From Myxococcota bacterium (GTDB taxonomy: Bacteria > Myxococcota_A > Polyangia > JAAYKL01): a stretch of 30,673 nucleotides of DNA. The stretch is taken from positions 1 to 30,673 of the forward strand of contig JANQET010000278.1 in NCBI GenBank assembly GCA_028278265.1, in the 5' to 3' direction. The translations under genes were made by a program, and so were the position numbers. Below, in pieces: positions 1-8,813 of this stretch. The notes beneath the pieces were generated by a model that saw only the letters and a list, made by a program, of their open reading frames with translations, had not been told where the DNA came from and searched no databases. Numbering within the stretch: the first letter of the stretch is position 1; each line of letters starts with the position of its first letter.

Positions 1-1830
1 CAGCCCGGGGACTGGACCGTGATCCTCACCGTGCGTCCACTGCAAGACCGCCATATTTCGTTTCACTCGGCCAAGAGTGCCACCCTGCTCGAGGCGGCCA
101 AGAAGTGCGGTGACAAAGCCCGACGATACTTCCTGCGGCGGGGTTTCGAGCGCAAGTTCGGACCGTTGGCCACGGCGCTGGCCAACCGATTGGTGATCGA
201 GCTGGAGGTGATTCACGACAAGGGACTGTTCGTCGGTCCGCGGGACAACACCTTTATCTGGCGCATTATCGAACCGGGCATCAACGGCATCCTGATGACC
301 ATCGACGGCCGCAACCACTACATGCCCCCCTGGTATTCCGTGGCGAGCAACTATCGATTGGTCGGGGACCTGTTCAAGCGGGTCGTCCGCACTTGGGGGA
401 AAAAGGACGAGGATTACTGGAAAGGGGCCCATGTCCCGTTCTACCGATTTCGCACCGTACACTGGCGGGAGACCAAGCCCGGAGGCCCGATCAAGGATCT
501 CTACCGTTTTTCCCAACGGGTACCGACAATGAAGGAGGTGACCCGTGAAAACATGGTCAAATCACTGAAGGGCCTGGGTGACTGGGTCGCCGACAACCAG
601 ACCAATCCCACTGGGCGATATGTTTATCGCTACTTTCCCACCAAAGACGAAGAAAACGATGAATACAATTTCGTCCGCCACGCCCTGGGCCCGTTCTCCC
701 TGGCCCTGGTGCACGAGTACGCGCCCAACCTCACCTATTGGGAAAAGGCCCAAATGGGGATGAAGTACTTCGAGGAGCACATTCGCTGGGGCGGTCCACC
801 GCGCAAGGGGGATGGCACGATCGACGAGAGCTTGACCAGCTGGATGGGCAAACCCCTTCCCGGCAAGGACGTTGCGATCGCCGACCACCGGGATCTGGAC
901 TACGGCGGCGGCAAAACACTCAAGGGGCACTGGACGGCCAAGATGGGCGCTGTGGCCGTGGCCATTTTGGGCTACACCCAATGCAAGCGGGTCGGTTGGA
1001 CCCTCGGCCCCGAGCGTGAAAAAGTCCTCAAAGGATTGGCCAACTTCCTGCTCTATATGCAAAACGAAGAAGATGGCTCGTTCCACCACTACTACGCCGC
1101 TCCGGAAAACAACTACTACCGCTCCCGCAACTCGATCTATCCCGGAGAGATCCTCTACGCGGTGGCCCGACTATACGGGGAAACGAAAGACGAACGCTTC
1201 CGCACCGCTTTCCGCCAGTCCCATGAGGCCAACCTGAAATGGTTCAAAGATCAGATGGCCCAACGGCTGCCCGACGGCACCTACGAAGAGGAGCACCGCA
1301 AGAACTTGGTGCAGTTTCAACCCTGGATGGCGATGGCGATGGACGAAATGTATCGCTACGATCCGGATCCGGCCTACGTCGAAACGTCGAACCTGGTCTC
1401 CCTGTGGATTCTGGACACCTACCAGTTCGACGAAACCCGCGCTTTCTATCCGGACTACCTGGGCGGCTACATGAAGGTGCTCGACGAGCTGCCGGCGATG
1501 CACACTTTCGTTTATACCGAGGGAACGGCGGCGTCCTATGATTTGGCGCGTCGGGCCGGCGCCGACCCGGAGGTGATCGAAAAACTGCGCCGGGGCGCCA
1601 TGCTCAGCGCGCGGTTCATCATTCAGCAGCAGGCACGACCCGGGGACAATGATTTCTACTATCCCAACCCGCGAAAAGCCAAGGGTGGCGTGCGGTATTG
1701 CATGAACCACAACAAGCAGCGCATCGACTACACCTACCACGCCCTCAGCTCGGTCTATCGCATCATTCGCGCAGCCACCCCGGAGGACTATCTCGCCGTT
1801 CAGTCGATCCCCCTGCCCAACGCCTGGTAG
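1..1830 (+). CDS. Hypothetical protein, 5' end probably outside the window. A prenyltransferase/terpene-cyclase-like (alpha/alpha)6 toroid repeat motif is suspected.
   Basis: ORF 19..1830 begins at a GTG but the frame is open back to nt 1 with no stop. Motif 'LLYMQNEEDGSFHHYY' resembles the QxxDGxF prenyltransferase/squalene-cyclase repeat. No signal peptide is seen in the visible part. The function call is weak. Confidence 0.75.
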   Translation, partial: QPGDWTVILTVRPLQDRHISFHSAKSATLLEAAKKCGDKARRYFLRRGFERKFGPLATALANRLVIELEVIHDKGLFVGPRDNTFIWRIIEPGINGILMTIDGRNHYMPPWYSVASNYRLVGDLFKRVVRTWGKKDEDYWKGAHVPFYRFRTVHWRETKPGGPIKDLYRFSQRVPTMKEVTRENMVKSLKGLGDWVADNQTNPTGRYVYRYFPTKDEENDEYNFVRHALGPFSLALVHEYAPNLTYWEKAQMGMKYFEEHIRWGGPPRKGDGTIDESLTSWMGKPLPGKDVAIADHRDLDYGGGKTLKGHWTAKMGAVAVAILGYTQCKRVGWTLGPEREKVLKGLANFLLYMQNEEDGSFHHYYAAPENNYYRSRNSIYPGEILYAVARLYGETKDERFRTAFRQSHEANLKWFKDQMAQRLPDGTYEEEHRKNLVQFQPWMAMAMDEMYRYDPDPAYVETSNLVSLWILDTYQFDETRAFYPDYLGGYMKVLDELPAMHTFVYTEGTAASYDLARRAGADPEVIEKLRRGAMLSARFIIQQQARPGDNDFYYPNPRKAKGGVRYCMNHNKQRIDYTYHALSSVYRIIRAATPEDYLAVQSIPLPNAW

Positions 1831-1880
1831 CACCCTATCTTTATATTTGTATTCCTTTAAAAAGCGACAAAGATAGACGC

Positions 1881-1920
1881 TTGACTTGTCACAGGTAGGT
1901 TTTTGTAGTAGTATATACTA
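1881..1920 (+). promoter_or_regulatory. Putative sigma70-type promoter (TTGACT -35 plus an AT-rich TATA-like -10 region) upstream of the SGNH hydrolase gene
   Basis: TTGACT at 1881-1886 is followed by 'tgtagtagtatatactacattatac', an AT-rich island in a GC-rich genome about 30-70 nt upstream of ATG 1952. Confidence 0.35.
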
Positions 1921-1951
1921 CATTATACGACCTCTCGTACATAAGGTGTTA

Positions 1952-3373
1952 ATGGCACGTGTACTAAAAAGAGAAATTATTTCAGCGCCTTTACTCCTCT
2001 TATGGACGAGTTTGCTCGTTTCCTGCCCCATGAGTCAAACCAGGGTGTCACAACCCACGGCAGAGGACATAACCGAAGAATTTGAGACCGCCGAGCAGAT
2101 GGCGGATGCGGAGCAGGAGAGCGCCGAAGATCAAACCGTCGACGGCATGCACGACGACGGGGGGTCGGATGTCGGCCAAACCGCTTTGTGGGAAGAAATC
2201 GAGCGGGGGCGAGCCGTCGCTTTTGACGATGGTCCATTGGCCCCTTTCTTCGTGGCGCTCCGCGCGCTGGAGGATCACGGAGACGGCCTGGTGCGTGTGT
2301 TGCACTATGGCGATTCCCATACCGCAGCCGATTTTCTCACGTCTGAAATTCGCCACATCCTTCAACAGCGCTTCGGCAATGGGGGTCGGGGCTTCGTAAT
2401 CCTGGGGCGACCATGGCGCTCGTACAATCCCCTGGACGTGGTGATCCGCTCTCGGGGACGGTGGCGACCCACCCGCTTTCGCATCGGGGGGGATCCGGCG
2501 GAGTTGGACGGCCGCTGGGGTCTCGCCGGGGTGGCGATGGAGGGACAACTGCGGGGTGCGGCAGCTGCAGTGAGCAGTCAGCTCGAATCCCCATTTGCCC
2601 GACCCATCGATGTGTTCGACCTGTTTTTCTTGCGGCAACCCGGAGGCGGCGCGTTCTCGATCCACGTCGACGGAAAACAGCGCAGGGTGGTGCAGACCGG
2701 GTCATCGCACATTCAATCCGGGTTTTCCCTCGTCAAATTGAACAAAGGGGCGCGCGAAATCGAGGTGCGCTTGCGGGGAAACGGCTCGGTCCGTCTGTTT
2801 GGCATCGCACTCGAGACCGAGGGACCGGGAGTCGTTTACGATACGCTGGGGATCAACGGGGCCTTCTTCACCACCCCCCACCGTTGGGACGCCCAGCTCC
2901 TGGCAGCACAGATCGCGCGCCGGACACCCGATCTGATCGTCACCATGTACGGCACCAACGACACCCTCAGCCGTATCTTGACGCCCAGAAAATACAGCCA
3001 GGATATCAAACAGACGATTCGGCGACTGCGCGCCGGAGCACCCGGTGCCGCCTGCCTGATGATCGGACCGGTCGACTGTACCTGCGAGCCACCCAAGGAG
3101 GGGTCACCGTCCCAATTGGACTGGGTCATCGAGGTCCAGCAACGCACCGCAGAAGAGATCGGCTGTGCCTTTCTCGACACCCGGGAAATCATGGGAGGGC
3201 CGGGATCCCGCCGACTATGGGAGTTTCGCGAGCTGGCCCATCCGGACGGCATCCACCTGACCAAGCGCGGATATCAACTTCTCGGACGCCTGCTGGCCGA
3301 CCGCATTTTGACCGCCTATACCCACTACCTGGAGGAGATCTCGGATCCACCGACCATAGAAGAGGAGGAATAG
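1952..3373 (+). CDS. Secreted SGNH/GDSL-family hydrolase lipoprotein (lipase/esterase/acylhydrolase-like)
   Basis: The true start is ATG 1952 (MARVLKREIISAPLLLLWTSLLVSC) with a signal peptide, lipobox and AAGGTG RBS; the tool start at 1886 is a TTG. An acidic linker (EEFETAEQMADAEQESAED) follows. Catalytic blocks are present: 'LHYGDSHT' (GDS-H block I with Ser), 'MYGTNDT' (block III GxND) and 'HPDGIHLT' (block V DxxH). Confidence 0.85.
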   Translation: MARVLKREIISAPLLLLWTSLLVSCPMSQTRVSQPTAEDITEEFETAEQMADAEQESAEDQTVDGMHDDGGSDVGQTALWEEIERGRAVAFDDGPLAPFFVALRALEDHGDGLVRVLHYGDSHTAADFLTSEIRHILQQRFGNGGRGFVILGRPWRSYNPLDVVIRSRGRWRPTRFRIGGDPAELDGRWGLAGVAMEGQLRGAAAAVSSQLESPFARPIDVFDLFFLRQPGGGAFSIHVDGKQRRVVQTGSSHIQSGFSLVKLNKGAREIEVRLRGNGSVRLFGIALETEGPGVVYDTLGINGAFFTTPHRWDAQLLAAQIARRTPDLIVTMYGTNDTLSRILTPRKYSQDIKQTIRRLRAGAPGAACLMIGPVDCTCEPPKEGSPSQLDWVIEVQQRTAEEIGCAFLDTREIMGGPGSRRLWEFRELAHPDGIHLTKRGYQLLGRLLADRILTAYTHYLEEISDPPTIEEEE

Positions 3374-3709
3374 ATGAACCTGCCCGATTATCTCTCACTC
3401 GGCTACATCAATACAATGGCACGAGAACACCTGCCCGAGCTGGTCATGGTCTTGACTGCGGCGGTGGTCACCCTGCTCGATCGCTATGTGCGCAAACACT
3501 TGCAAAAACTGACCTCGTCGCGGGGTGTGGTCGTTCGTTTCTTGATCTTCCTCGCGGTCTGCTCTGCCGGATACGCCCTGCTCGCCCTGGGCACGGCCTG
3601 GGTGGTGCGCAAGGGCCTGCTGGTCCAAGGTGGGGCGTACATGGCGCCGATCGCCTTCGGCGTACTGGTCGTGGTGGCTGTCGAAGCGCTGCGCCAACGC
3701 CAGATCTGA
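3374..3709 (+). CDS. Small integral membrane protein (two hydrophobic helices), translationally coupled to the SGNH hydrolase
   Basis: The ATG is immediately after the upstream TAG (TAGATG). Two long hydrophobic stretches are present (VMVLTAAVVTLL; FLIFLAVCSAGYALLALGTAWVV ... IAFGVLVVVAV). Nothing was recognised that indicates a known family. Confidence 0.5.
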   Translation: MNLPDYLSLGYINTMAREHLPELVMVLTAAVVTLLDRYVRKHLQKLTSSRGVVVRFLIFLAVCSAGYALLALGTAWVVRKGLLVQGGAYMAPIAFGVLVVVAVEALRQRQI

Positions 3710-3858
3710 GTGGATATCCTGCGCGCACGTACCGGCCCCTCGGGCCAATTCCCACTTATTTTGTCCAGAGGGTCGTTTTTTTAGCAACACTCAGGGCAAA
3801 ACGACCGATAGGGGTGATGAACGGTTGAAACGAAACCACCGACACAAGGAGTTCAGTG

Positions 3859-4197
3859 ATGATCATAAATCAAGCCGCGATGATGAACTACCAGGAGATC
3901 GAACCACCCACCGAACCGGTCGAAACCGACGAGGCATCCGAAGATGCCGAGCCCGATGAGGTGCTCTGGATCGCCCTGAATCTGCTCGAACAGAACCGGC
4001 CGCGTCAAGCCGACGAGCTGCTTACCGCCGCGTTGCTCCGGTTCGCCGGTGACGAGAGGCTCTGGTTGGCCGCCGGCATTTCCCGCATGCGTCGTGGGTC
4101 CCGCCAATCGGCCGAAGCGGCGTTCGAGATGAGCGCCTGGTTGTCCGATGATGCTGACGCTCAGGAGCTCTACCGACTGAATCGCCACGCCCGCTGA
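3859..4197 (+). CDS. Hypothetical acidic helical protein
   Basis: An AAGGAG RBS at 3846-3851 precedes GTG 3856 and ATG 3859. The N-terminus is acidic (EPPTEPVETDEASEDAEPDE) and the remainder looks helical. No family was recognised. Confidence 0.5.
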   Translation: MIINQAAMMNYQEIEPPTEPVETDEASEDAEPDEVLWIALNLLEQNRPRQADELLTAALLRFAGDERLWLAAGISRMRRGSRQSAEAAFEMSAWLSDDADAQELYRLNRHAR

Positions 4198-4256
4198 CCC
4201 CAATAATTCGTTTCCATCGACGATTTTGTATTCCCGATAAGGGGTCGTATTTGTTA

Positions 4257-4284
4257 TTGACATGGCGGCCGAAAGCCGTAAACT
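4257..4284 (+). promoter_or_regulatory. Putative sigma70 promoter for rplC-rlmE (TTGACA-16-TAAACT)
   Basis: TTGACA at 4257-4262, a 16-nt spacer and TAAACT at 4279-4284, about 60 nt upstream of the L3 start. Confidence 0.35.
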
Positions 4285-4343
4285 GCTCGCCCTGACTATC
4301 AATCAGTCCATAAGAACCCGGACTGATGCGGCGGAGGCAGATG

Positions 4344-4997
4344 ATGACTGCGGATTTTGGACTTTTGGGTAAAAAAATAGGCATGACACAGGTGTTCAAC
4401 CCTGACGGCGCTCTGGTTGGGGTGACCGCAGTTGAGGTCGGCCCGTGCGTGGTAGTACAAAAAAAGACTGAAGAAACCGATGGTTACACAGCTGTACAGC
4501 TGGGCTTTGACGACAAGCCGGAGCGAAAGACCAACCACCCGATGGCCGGCAAGTTCAAGAAGGTGGATATTGCACCTAAACGACACTTGCAGGAGTTTCG
4601 CATCTCCAGCGAAGTGGCCGGCAAGCTCGAGGTGGGTCAGGTACTGAATGCCGACGTGTTTTCGGTCGGTGACAAGATCGATGTTTCCGGGCTGAGCAAG
4701 GGCAAGGGCTTTACCGGCGTGATGAAGCGCTACGGTTACCACGGGGCCAAGGCCACCCACGGTGTTCACGAGTGCTTTCGACACGGGGGATCCCTGGGCC
4801 AGAACATGACCCCCGGCCGGGTGATGAAGGGCAAAAAAATGGCCGGTCATCACGGCAATAAGCGCATCACCATTCAAAACCTCGAAGTGATGCGCGTCTT
4901 TACTGAAGACAACATCATATTCATTAGAGGTCCGATTCCCGGCGGCCACAAAACGCTGCTCACGATCCGCCCGGCCGTCAAAAAAACCGCCAAATAA
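4344..4997 (+). CDS. rplC: 50S ribosomal protein L3
   Basis: 'FGLLGKKIGMTQVF', 'SKGKGFTGVMKRY' and 'GQNMTPGRVMKGKKMAGHHG' are hallmark L3 blocks. A GGAGG RBS lies 6 nt before ATG 4344; the ORF-tool start at 4326 sits inside the RBS. Confidence 0.9.
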   Translation: MTADFGLLGKKIGMTQVFNPDGALVGVTAVEVGPCVVVQKKTEETDGYTAVQLGFDDKPERKTNHPMAGKFKKVDIAPKRHLQEFRISSEVAGKLEVGQVLNADVFSVGDKIDVSGLSKGKGFTGVMKRYGYHGAKATHGVHECFRHGGSLGQNMTPGRVMKGKKMAGHHGNKRITIQNLEVMRVFTEDNIIFIRGPIPGGHKTLLTIRPAVKKTAK

Positions 4998-5609
4998 GTG
5001 GCCCGGCGTCGCCGCACCAACGACCACTACGCTCGTCGCGCCAAAAAAGAGCACTACCCGGCGCGCTCCATTTACAAACTCGAGGAGATTGATCGGCGGG
5101 TCCGCCTGATTAAAAAGGGGGACAAAGTCGTCGATCTCGGCGCAGCACCGGGATCCTGGACCACCTACCTGGCCACCAAGGTCGGACCTCGCGGGGTGGT
5201 GGCAGCGATCGATCTCCAGCCGTTGACGATCGACGAGCAACCCAACGTGATCCAGCTGACCGCAGATGTGCTGACCCTCACCTCGGCCGAGCTGCACGCG
5301 GCAACCGGTCGGGAGATCTTCGATGTGGTGGTCTCGGACATGGCACCGCACACCTCGGGCCATCGATTTGTCGACCAGTCCCGGTCGTTTGACCTGTTCA
5401 TGCGGGCGGTGGCTCTGGCCGGTGAGCTCTGCCGCCCCGGTGGCCATTTCGTAGGCAAAATCTTCCAGGGTGAGGACTTCGAGCTCGCTCGACAAGGGGT
5501 ACGGGAGCTGTTCGACAAGGTCCGCGTGATCCGGCCGGCCAGCGTGCGGCAGGAGAGCTACGAGATCTACCTGGTGGGCCTGGGGAAAAAAGCGGGGCGT
5601 ACAGTCTAA
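4998..5609 (+). CDS. rlmE: 23S rRNA (uridine2552-2'-O)-methyltransferase RlmE/FtsJ
   Basis: 'RSIYKLEEIDRR', the SAM motif 'VVDLGAAPGSWT', 'VVSDMAPHTSG' and 'GGHFVGKIFQGE' are typical FtsJ/RrmJ. A GTG start immediately follows the L3 stop codon. Confidence 0.9.
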   Translation: MARRRRTNDHYARRAKKEHYPARSIYKLEEIDRRVRLIKKGDKVVDLGAAPGSWTTYLATKVGPRGVVAAIDLQPLTIDEQPNVIQLTADVLTLTSAELHAATGREIFDVVVSDMAPHTSGHRFVDQSRSFDLFMRAVALAGELCRPGGHFVGKIFQGEDFELARQGVRELFDKVRVIRPASVRQESYEIYLVGLGKKAGRTV

Positions 5610-5710
5610 ACGGATTTGAGGCTTTTCCCGGAGACACAAGCGGGATATAGTACGGTCTGGAGCCAGAGCGTAACGATGACCGGAACTCATCGCGTAACAA
5701 AGGGAAAACC

Positions 5711-6421
5711 ATGAATGCAAGACTACTTTTTGCAGTAATGACGGTAGGTTGGCTGATTGCCGGTTGCGGCCAGGACATCAAGATTGTCGAGGTCAAGCCG
5801 ATGAACATCAGCTTCACCAAAACCACCCAGGCCGAGAAGATCAAAGCCAAAGCCACCGAGGTGCATGGCGGAGAGATTCCGGGGGTCACCTTCACCTACC
5901 GCTCAGAAAACTCGGGCGTGGCAACGGTTGACTCGTCGGGAACGGTCAAGCCGGCGGGCAACGGCAGCACCGCGATCATCGCTCGGGCGCCCAACGGGGT
6001 GGAGGGGGAGTCGTTCGTCAAGGTCTGTTTGCCCAAGGAGCTCATCTGCCACCCCGCAGACAAACTGGAGCTCAAAGTGGGCACGGCCGCACCGATCAAG
6101 TGCCACGTGACCAACTGTCGTGATGAGAAAATCCAGACCCAAATCGAGATGACCCCGACGGACACCACAATGGTGCTCAAGGAAGGGGACAACGTGTTTA
6201 TCGGGTTGAAGGTCGGGGACACCCAGATCGGGGTCAAAGTGCTCGATATGACGGCCACCGTCGCGGTGCACGTGGACGAGCAGGAGTTCCTGCCAGGAAT
6301 GGGTCCCGGATCGATGAGCGCGCGGAAACGGGGTGGTGGCAAAGCCGGCAAAGACGACAAGGATCCATACGGCACGGGTGGTCGGTTCGACCACATCATC
6401 AAGGGAATGTCGGGCAACTAG
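5711..6421 (+). CDS. Lipoprotein with a bacterial Ig-like (Big_2) domain and a Gly/Lys-rich C-terminal tail
   Basis: Signal peptide plus lipobox (LIAGCG). 'SGVATVDSSGTVKPAGNGSTAIIARAPNG' is Big_2-like. The C-terminus 'RKRGGGKAGKDDKD' is a basic, glycine-rich tail. Confidence 0.75.
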   Translation: MNARLLFAVMTVGWLIAGCGQDIKIVEVKPMNISFTKTTQAEKIKAKATEVHGGEIPGVTFTYRSENSGVATVDSSGTVKPAGNGSTAIIARAPNGVEGESFVKVCLPKELICHPADKLELKVGTAAPIKCHVTNCRDEKIQTQIEMTPTDTTMVLKEGDNVFIGLKVGDTQIGVKVLDMTATVAVHVDEQEFLPGMGPGSMSARKRGGGKAGKDDKDPYGTGGRFDHIIKGMSGN

Positions 6422-6541
6422 GTCGAGGAGGAAATCACCTCCGACGCTCGGTGAATGAAACTCATATCGACTTCTTGACTTGCTGTAAATGAGCTTGGTA
6501 GGTTGTAACTGTACCGTTTGAAATGGAAGAAGGGAGATCGA

Positions 6542-7456
6542 ATGCGTGGTTTGGCGGTTAGATTTGTCTGCGGTTTAATTGCCCTACTGGCGATTCTCGG
6601 GCTCAGCTCCGGCGCCATGGCCAACAAGCTGGACCTCGCCCTGTCCAGATTTGTGACCGGCTGCCAGGCCGGCGACCCCACTGCCTGCGTCGCTCACCGG
6701 GCAGATTACGAAAAATTTATGGCCCAGTATACGTTCGGCCTCTCCCCCAAGGTGATGGCCCCGGCCGAGACCTTGGGCTACTCCGGATTCTACATGGGAC
6801 TGGAGGGCACCCTGACCCCAGTTCCCGATGCCGACAAACAGGATTTGTGGGCCAAGGGGACGATTCCGGCAAACGCCTATCCGGACGTGATGTTCATGCC
6901 CGCGGTGCACATTCGCAAGGGCTTGCCCTGGTCGTTCGAGGTGGGTTCCACCATCAACTACCTGGCCCAGTCCGAGCTGGTCGGTCTGGGCGGGGAGATC
7001 AAGTGGTCCCTCTTTGAGGGATATCAACACGGGTTTCGCGGGGTGTTGCCGGATATCGCGGCCCGCGGCTCGGTGATGCGGGTGCTCGGTGAATCGGACG
7101 TGGACCTGACCATCATCGGTGTGGACGGTTCGATCTCCTATCCCTTCGGCATCGGCGGCATGGTGTCGTTCACCCCCTACGGCGGGTTCCAGTACATCTG
7201 GTCGATCATTCGCATCGAACCCCTCGTCACCCAAATCGGCGACGAGTATGTTTCTGCTACCGGGCTCTCGAGCCCCGACCTCACCCGCAGCCGGATCTTC
7301 GGCGGATTTCGCTTCAACTACGAGATGCTCTCCATCACCTTTGAGATGGCCTGGGGACTCAAAGCCAACTGGGATACCCGGGAACAGGGGCGAAACGTGG
7401 ATGTCAGCGTGGGCCACCAGCTACAATTTTCCGGCGGCGCGGGGATCGACTTCTAG
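6542..7456 (+). CDS. Probable outer-membrane beta-barrel protein (secreted, C-terminal Phe)
   Basis: A GGGAG RBS precedes ATG 6542 (MRGLAVRFVCGLIALLAILGLSSGAMA signal peptide). Amphipathic, aromatic-rich beta-strand pattern. The terminal '...GGAGIDF' is a C-terminal Phe OMP signature. Confidence 0.7.
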   Translation: MRGLAVRFVCGLIALLAILGLSSGAMANKLDLALSRFVTGCQAGDPTACVAHRADYEKFMAQYTFGLSPKVMAPAETLGYSGFYMGLEGTLTPVPDADKQDLWAKGTIPANAYPDVMFMPAVHIRKGLPWSFEVGSTINYLAQSELVGLGGEIKWSLFEGYQHGFRGVLPDIAARGSVMRVLGESDVDLTIIGVDGSISYPFGIGGMVSFTPYGGFQYIWSIIRIEPLVTQIGDEYVSATGLSSPDLTRSRIFGGFRFNYEMLSITFEMAWGLKANWDTREQGRNVDVSVGHQLQFSGGAGIDF

Positions 7457-8643
7457 CGCGCGAACTTTTCAATCAAATCCATCGCTTTTTCGAGGATCGG
7501 CTCCGGCGGGAGCAGGACGATGCGCAGGTGTTTGGTGCCTTCCCGCTGACCGAATCCGGTGCCCGGTACGGTAACCACGCCGTGCTCCCGCAGCAAGCCG
7601 AGTCCAAAATCCCAGTCTGATGCGTTGGCGGCAATGGTGGGAAACACGTAGAATGCGCCGGTGGGTTTGACACAGGAAAACCCGGGCATGGCGTTTAACC
7701 GATCGACCACCAGATCCCGCCGGACGGTGAGCCGATTGATCATGTCCTCGAGGTGGGATTGATCCCCCTCGAGCGCCGGCTTGATCGCCCACTGGGTGGG
7801 GGAGTTGGAGCAGAGGCGGGCCCGGGCCATCTTCATGAAGGCGTCGGTAAAATCGGCGCAGTGCTCTTTATCTCCGGTGAGAATAGACCAGCCGCAGCGC
7901 AGTCCAGGGCCGAGATAGGATTTGGAGAGACCGTTGAAGGTGATGCAAGGATGGTCTTGGGCCAGGGTGGCCAACGGCACATGGGTCGCCCCGTCGAACA
8001 GGATCTTGTCATAAATCTCATCGGCAAAGATCACCAGATTGTGCTGCCGGGCCAGCTCGACGATTTGTTGCAGGGTCTCCCGACTGGAGAGGGAGCCGGT
8101 GGGATTGTTGGGATTGATCACCACCAACGCCCGGGTCTTGTCGTTGATCTTCGCTTCGATGTCGGCCACGTCGGGCTGCCACCCGTTGGCCTCGTCGAGA
8201 TAGTAGGGGTTGGCCTCGGCCTGCAGCTTGCTCAGCACCGCCGAGTAGAGGGGATACCCCGGGGTGGGCAGCAGCACGTTCTCGCCGGGATTGACCAGCG
8301 CGGTGAGGGCCAGTTCGATCCCCTCGCTGGCTCCGGTGGTCACGCACACCTGATTGATCTGCTCGAATCCCTTGCGCTTCGCTTCAGCTGTAATCGCTGC
8401 CACTGCTTCAGCGCGACCATGGGAGGGGCCATATCCGGTATCCCCTTCGAGCATGCCCTGGTGAATCGCCTCGATGAGGTGATCGGGTGTGGCAAAATCG
8501 AATTTGATCGGATCGCCGATATTGAGGTGCAACACCTCACGACCCTGCTGTTTGATCTCATCGGCCAGGACGACGATGTCCCTGATGGCGTATTTGACAT
8601 TGCGCGTTCGCTGCGCCGCGACGATTGGGCGATTGGTTGTCAT
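7453..8643 (-). CDS. Class I/II PLP-dependent aminotransferase (alanine/aspartate aminotransferase, AlaA-like)
   Basis: The PLP-lysine motif 'FNGLSKSYLGPGLRCGW', 'VINPNNPTG' and 'GFGQREGTKHLRI' are typical of this family. A GGAGGA RBS precedes ATG 8643. Confidence 0.9.
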   Translation of the reverse strand: MTTNRPIVAAQRTRNVKYAIRDIVVLADEIKQQGREVLHLNIGDPIKFDFATPDHLIEAIHQGMLEGDTGYGPSHGRAEAVAAITAEAKRKGFEQINQVCVTTGASEGIELALTALVNPGENVLLPTPGYPLYSAVLSKLQAEANPYYLDEANGWQPDVADIEAKINDKTRALVVINPNNPTGSLSSRETLQQIVELARQHNLVIFADEIYDKILFDGATHVPLATLAQDHPCITFNGLSKSYLGPGLRCGWSILTGDKEHCADFTDAFMKMARARLCSNSPTQWAIKPALEGDQSHLEDMINRLTVRRDLVVDRLNAMPGFSCVKPTGAFYVFPTIAANASDWDFGLGLLREHGVVTVPGTGFGQREGTKHLRIVLLPPEPILEKAMDLIEKFAR

Positions 8644-8813
8644 CTCAGTTTTCCTCCAACGGATTCCTTAGCATCTCACCACTGGCCGACCCGTCTACCT
8701 TCGGCCTCTTGTCCGTGGGTTTTAGCGACTAAACAGAGCCCTGGCAAGTGGGAGTGCATTTTGCAAAAAAAGAATTGATTTACTCTATTTCCGATCATTA
8801 AATACACGAGCCT

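Noticed and set aside
2413-3828. 471-aa plus-strand ORF in another frame of the SGNH hydrolase region
   Set aside because: It is out of frame with the GDSH/GxND/DxxH blocks that define the real gene. Its translation is Arg/Gly/Pro-rich junk.
4299-5720. 473-aa minus-strand ORF spanning rplC and rlmE
   Set aside because: It is antisense to two genes with unmistakable conserved protein signatures (L3, FtsJ). Its translation is Arg/His/Gly-rich low-complexity sequence typical of shadow ORFs in high-GC DNA.
7753-8778. 341-aa plus-strand ORF
   Set aside because: Antisense to the aminotransferase gene, which has a clear PLP-lysine motif. Shadow ORF.
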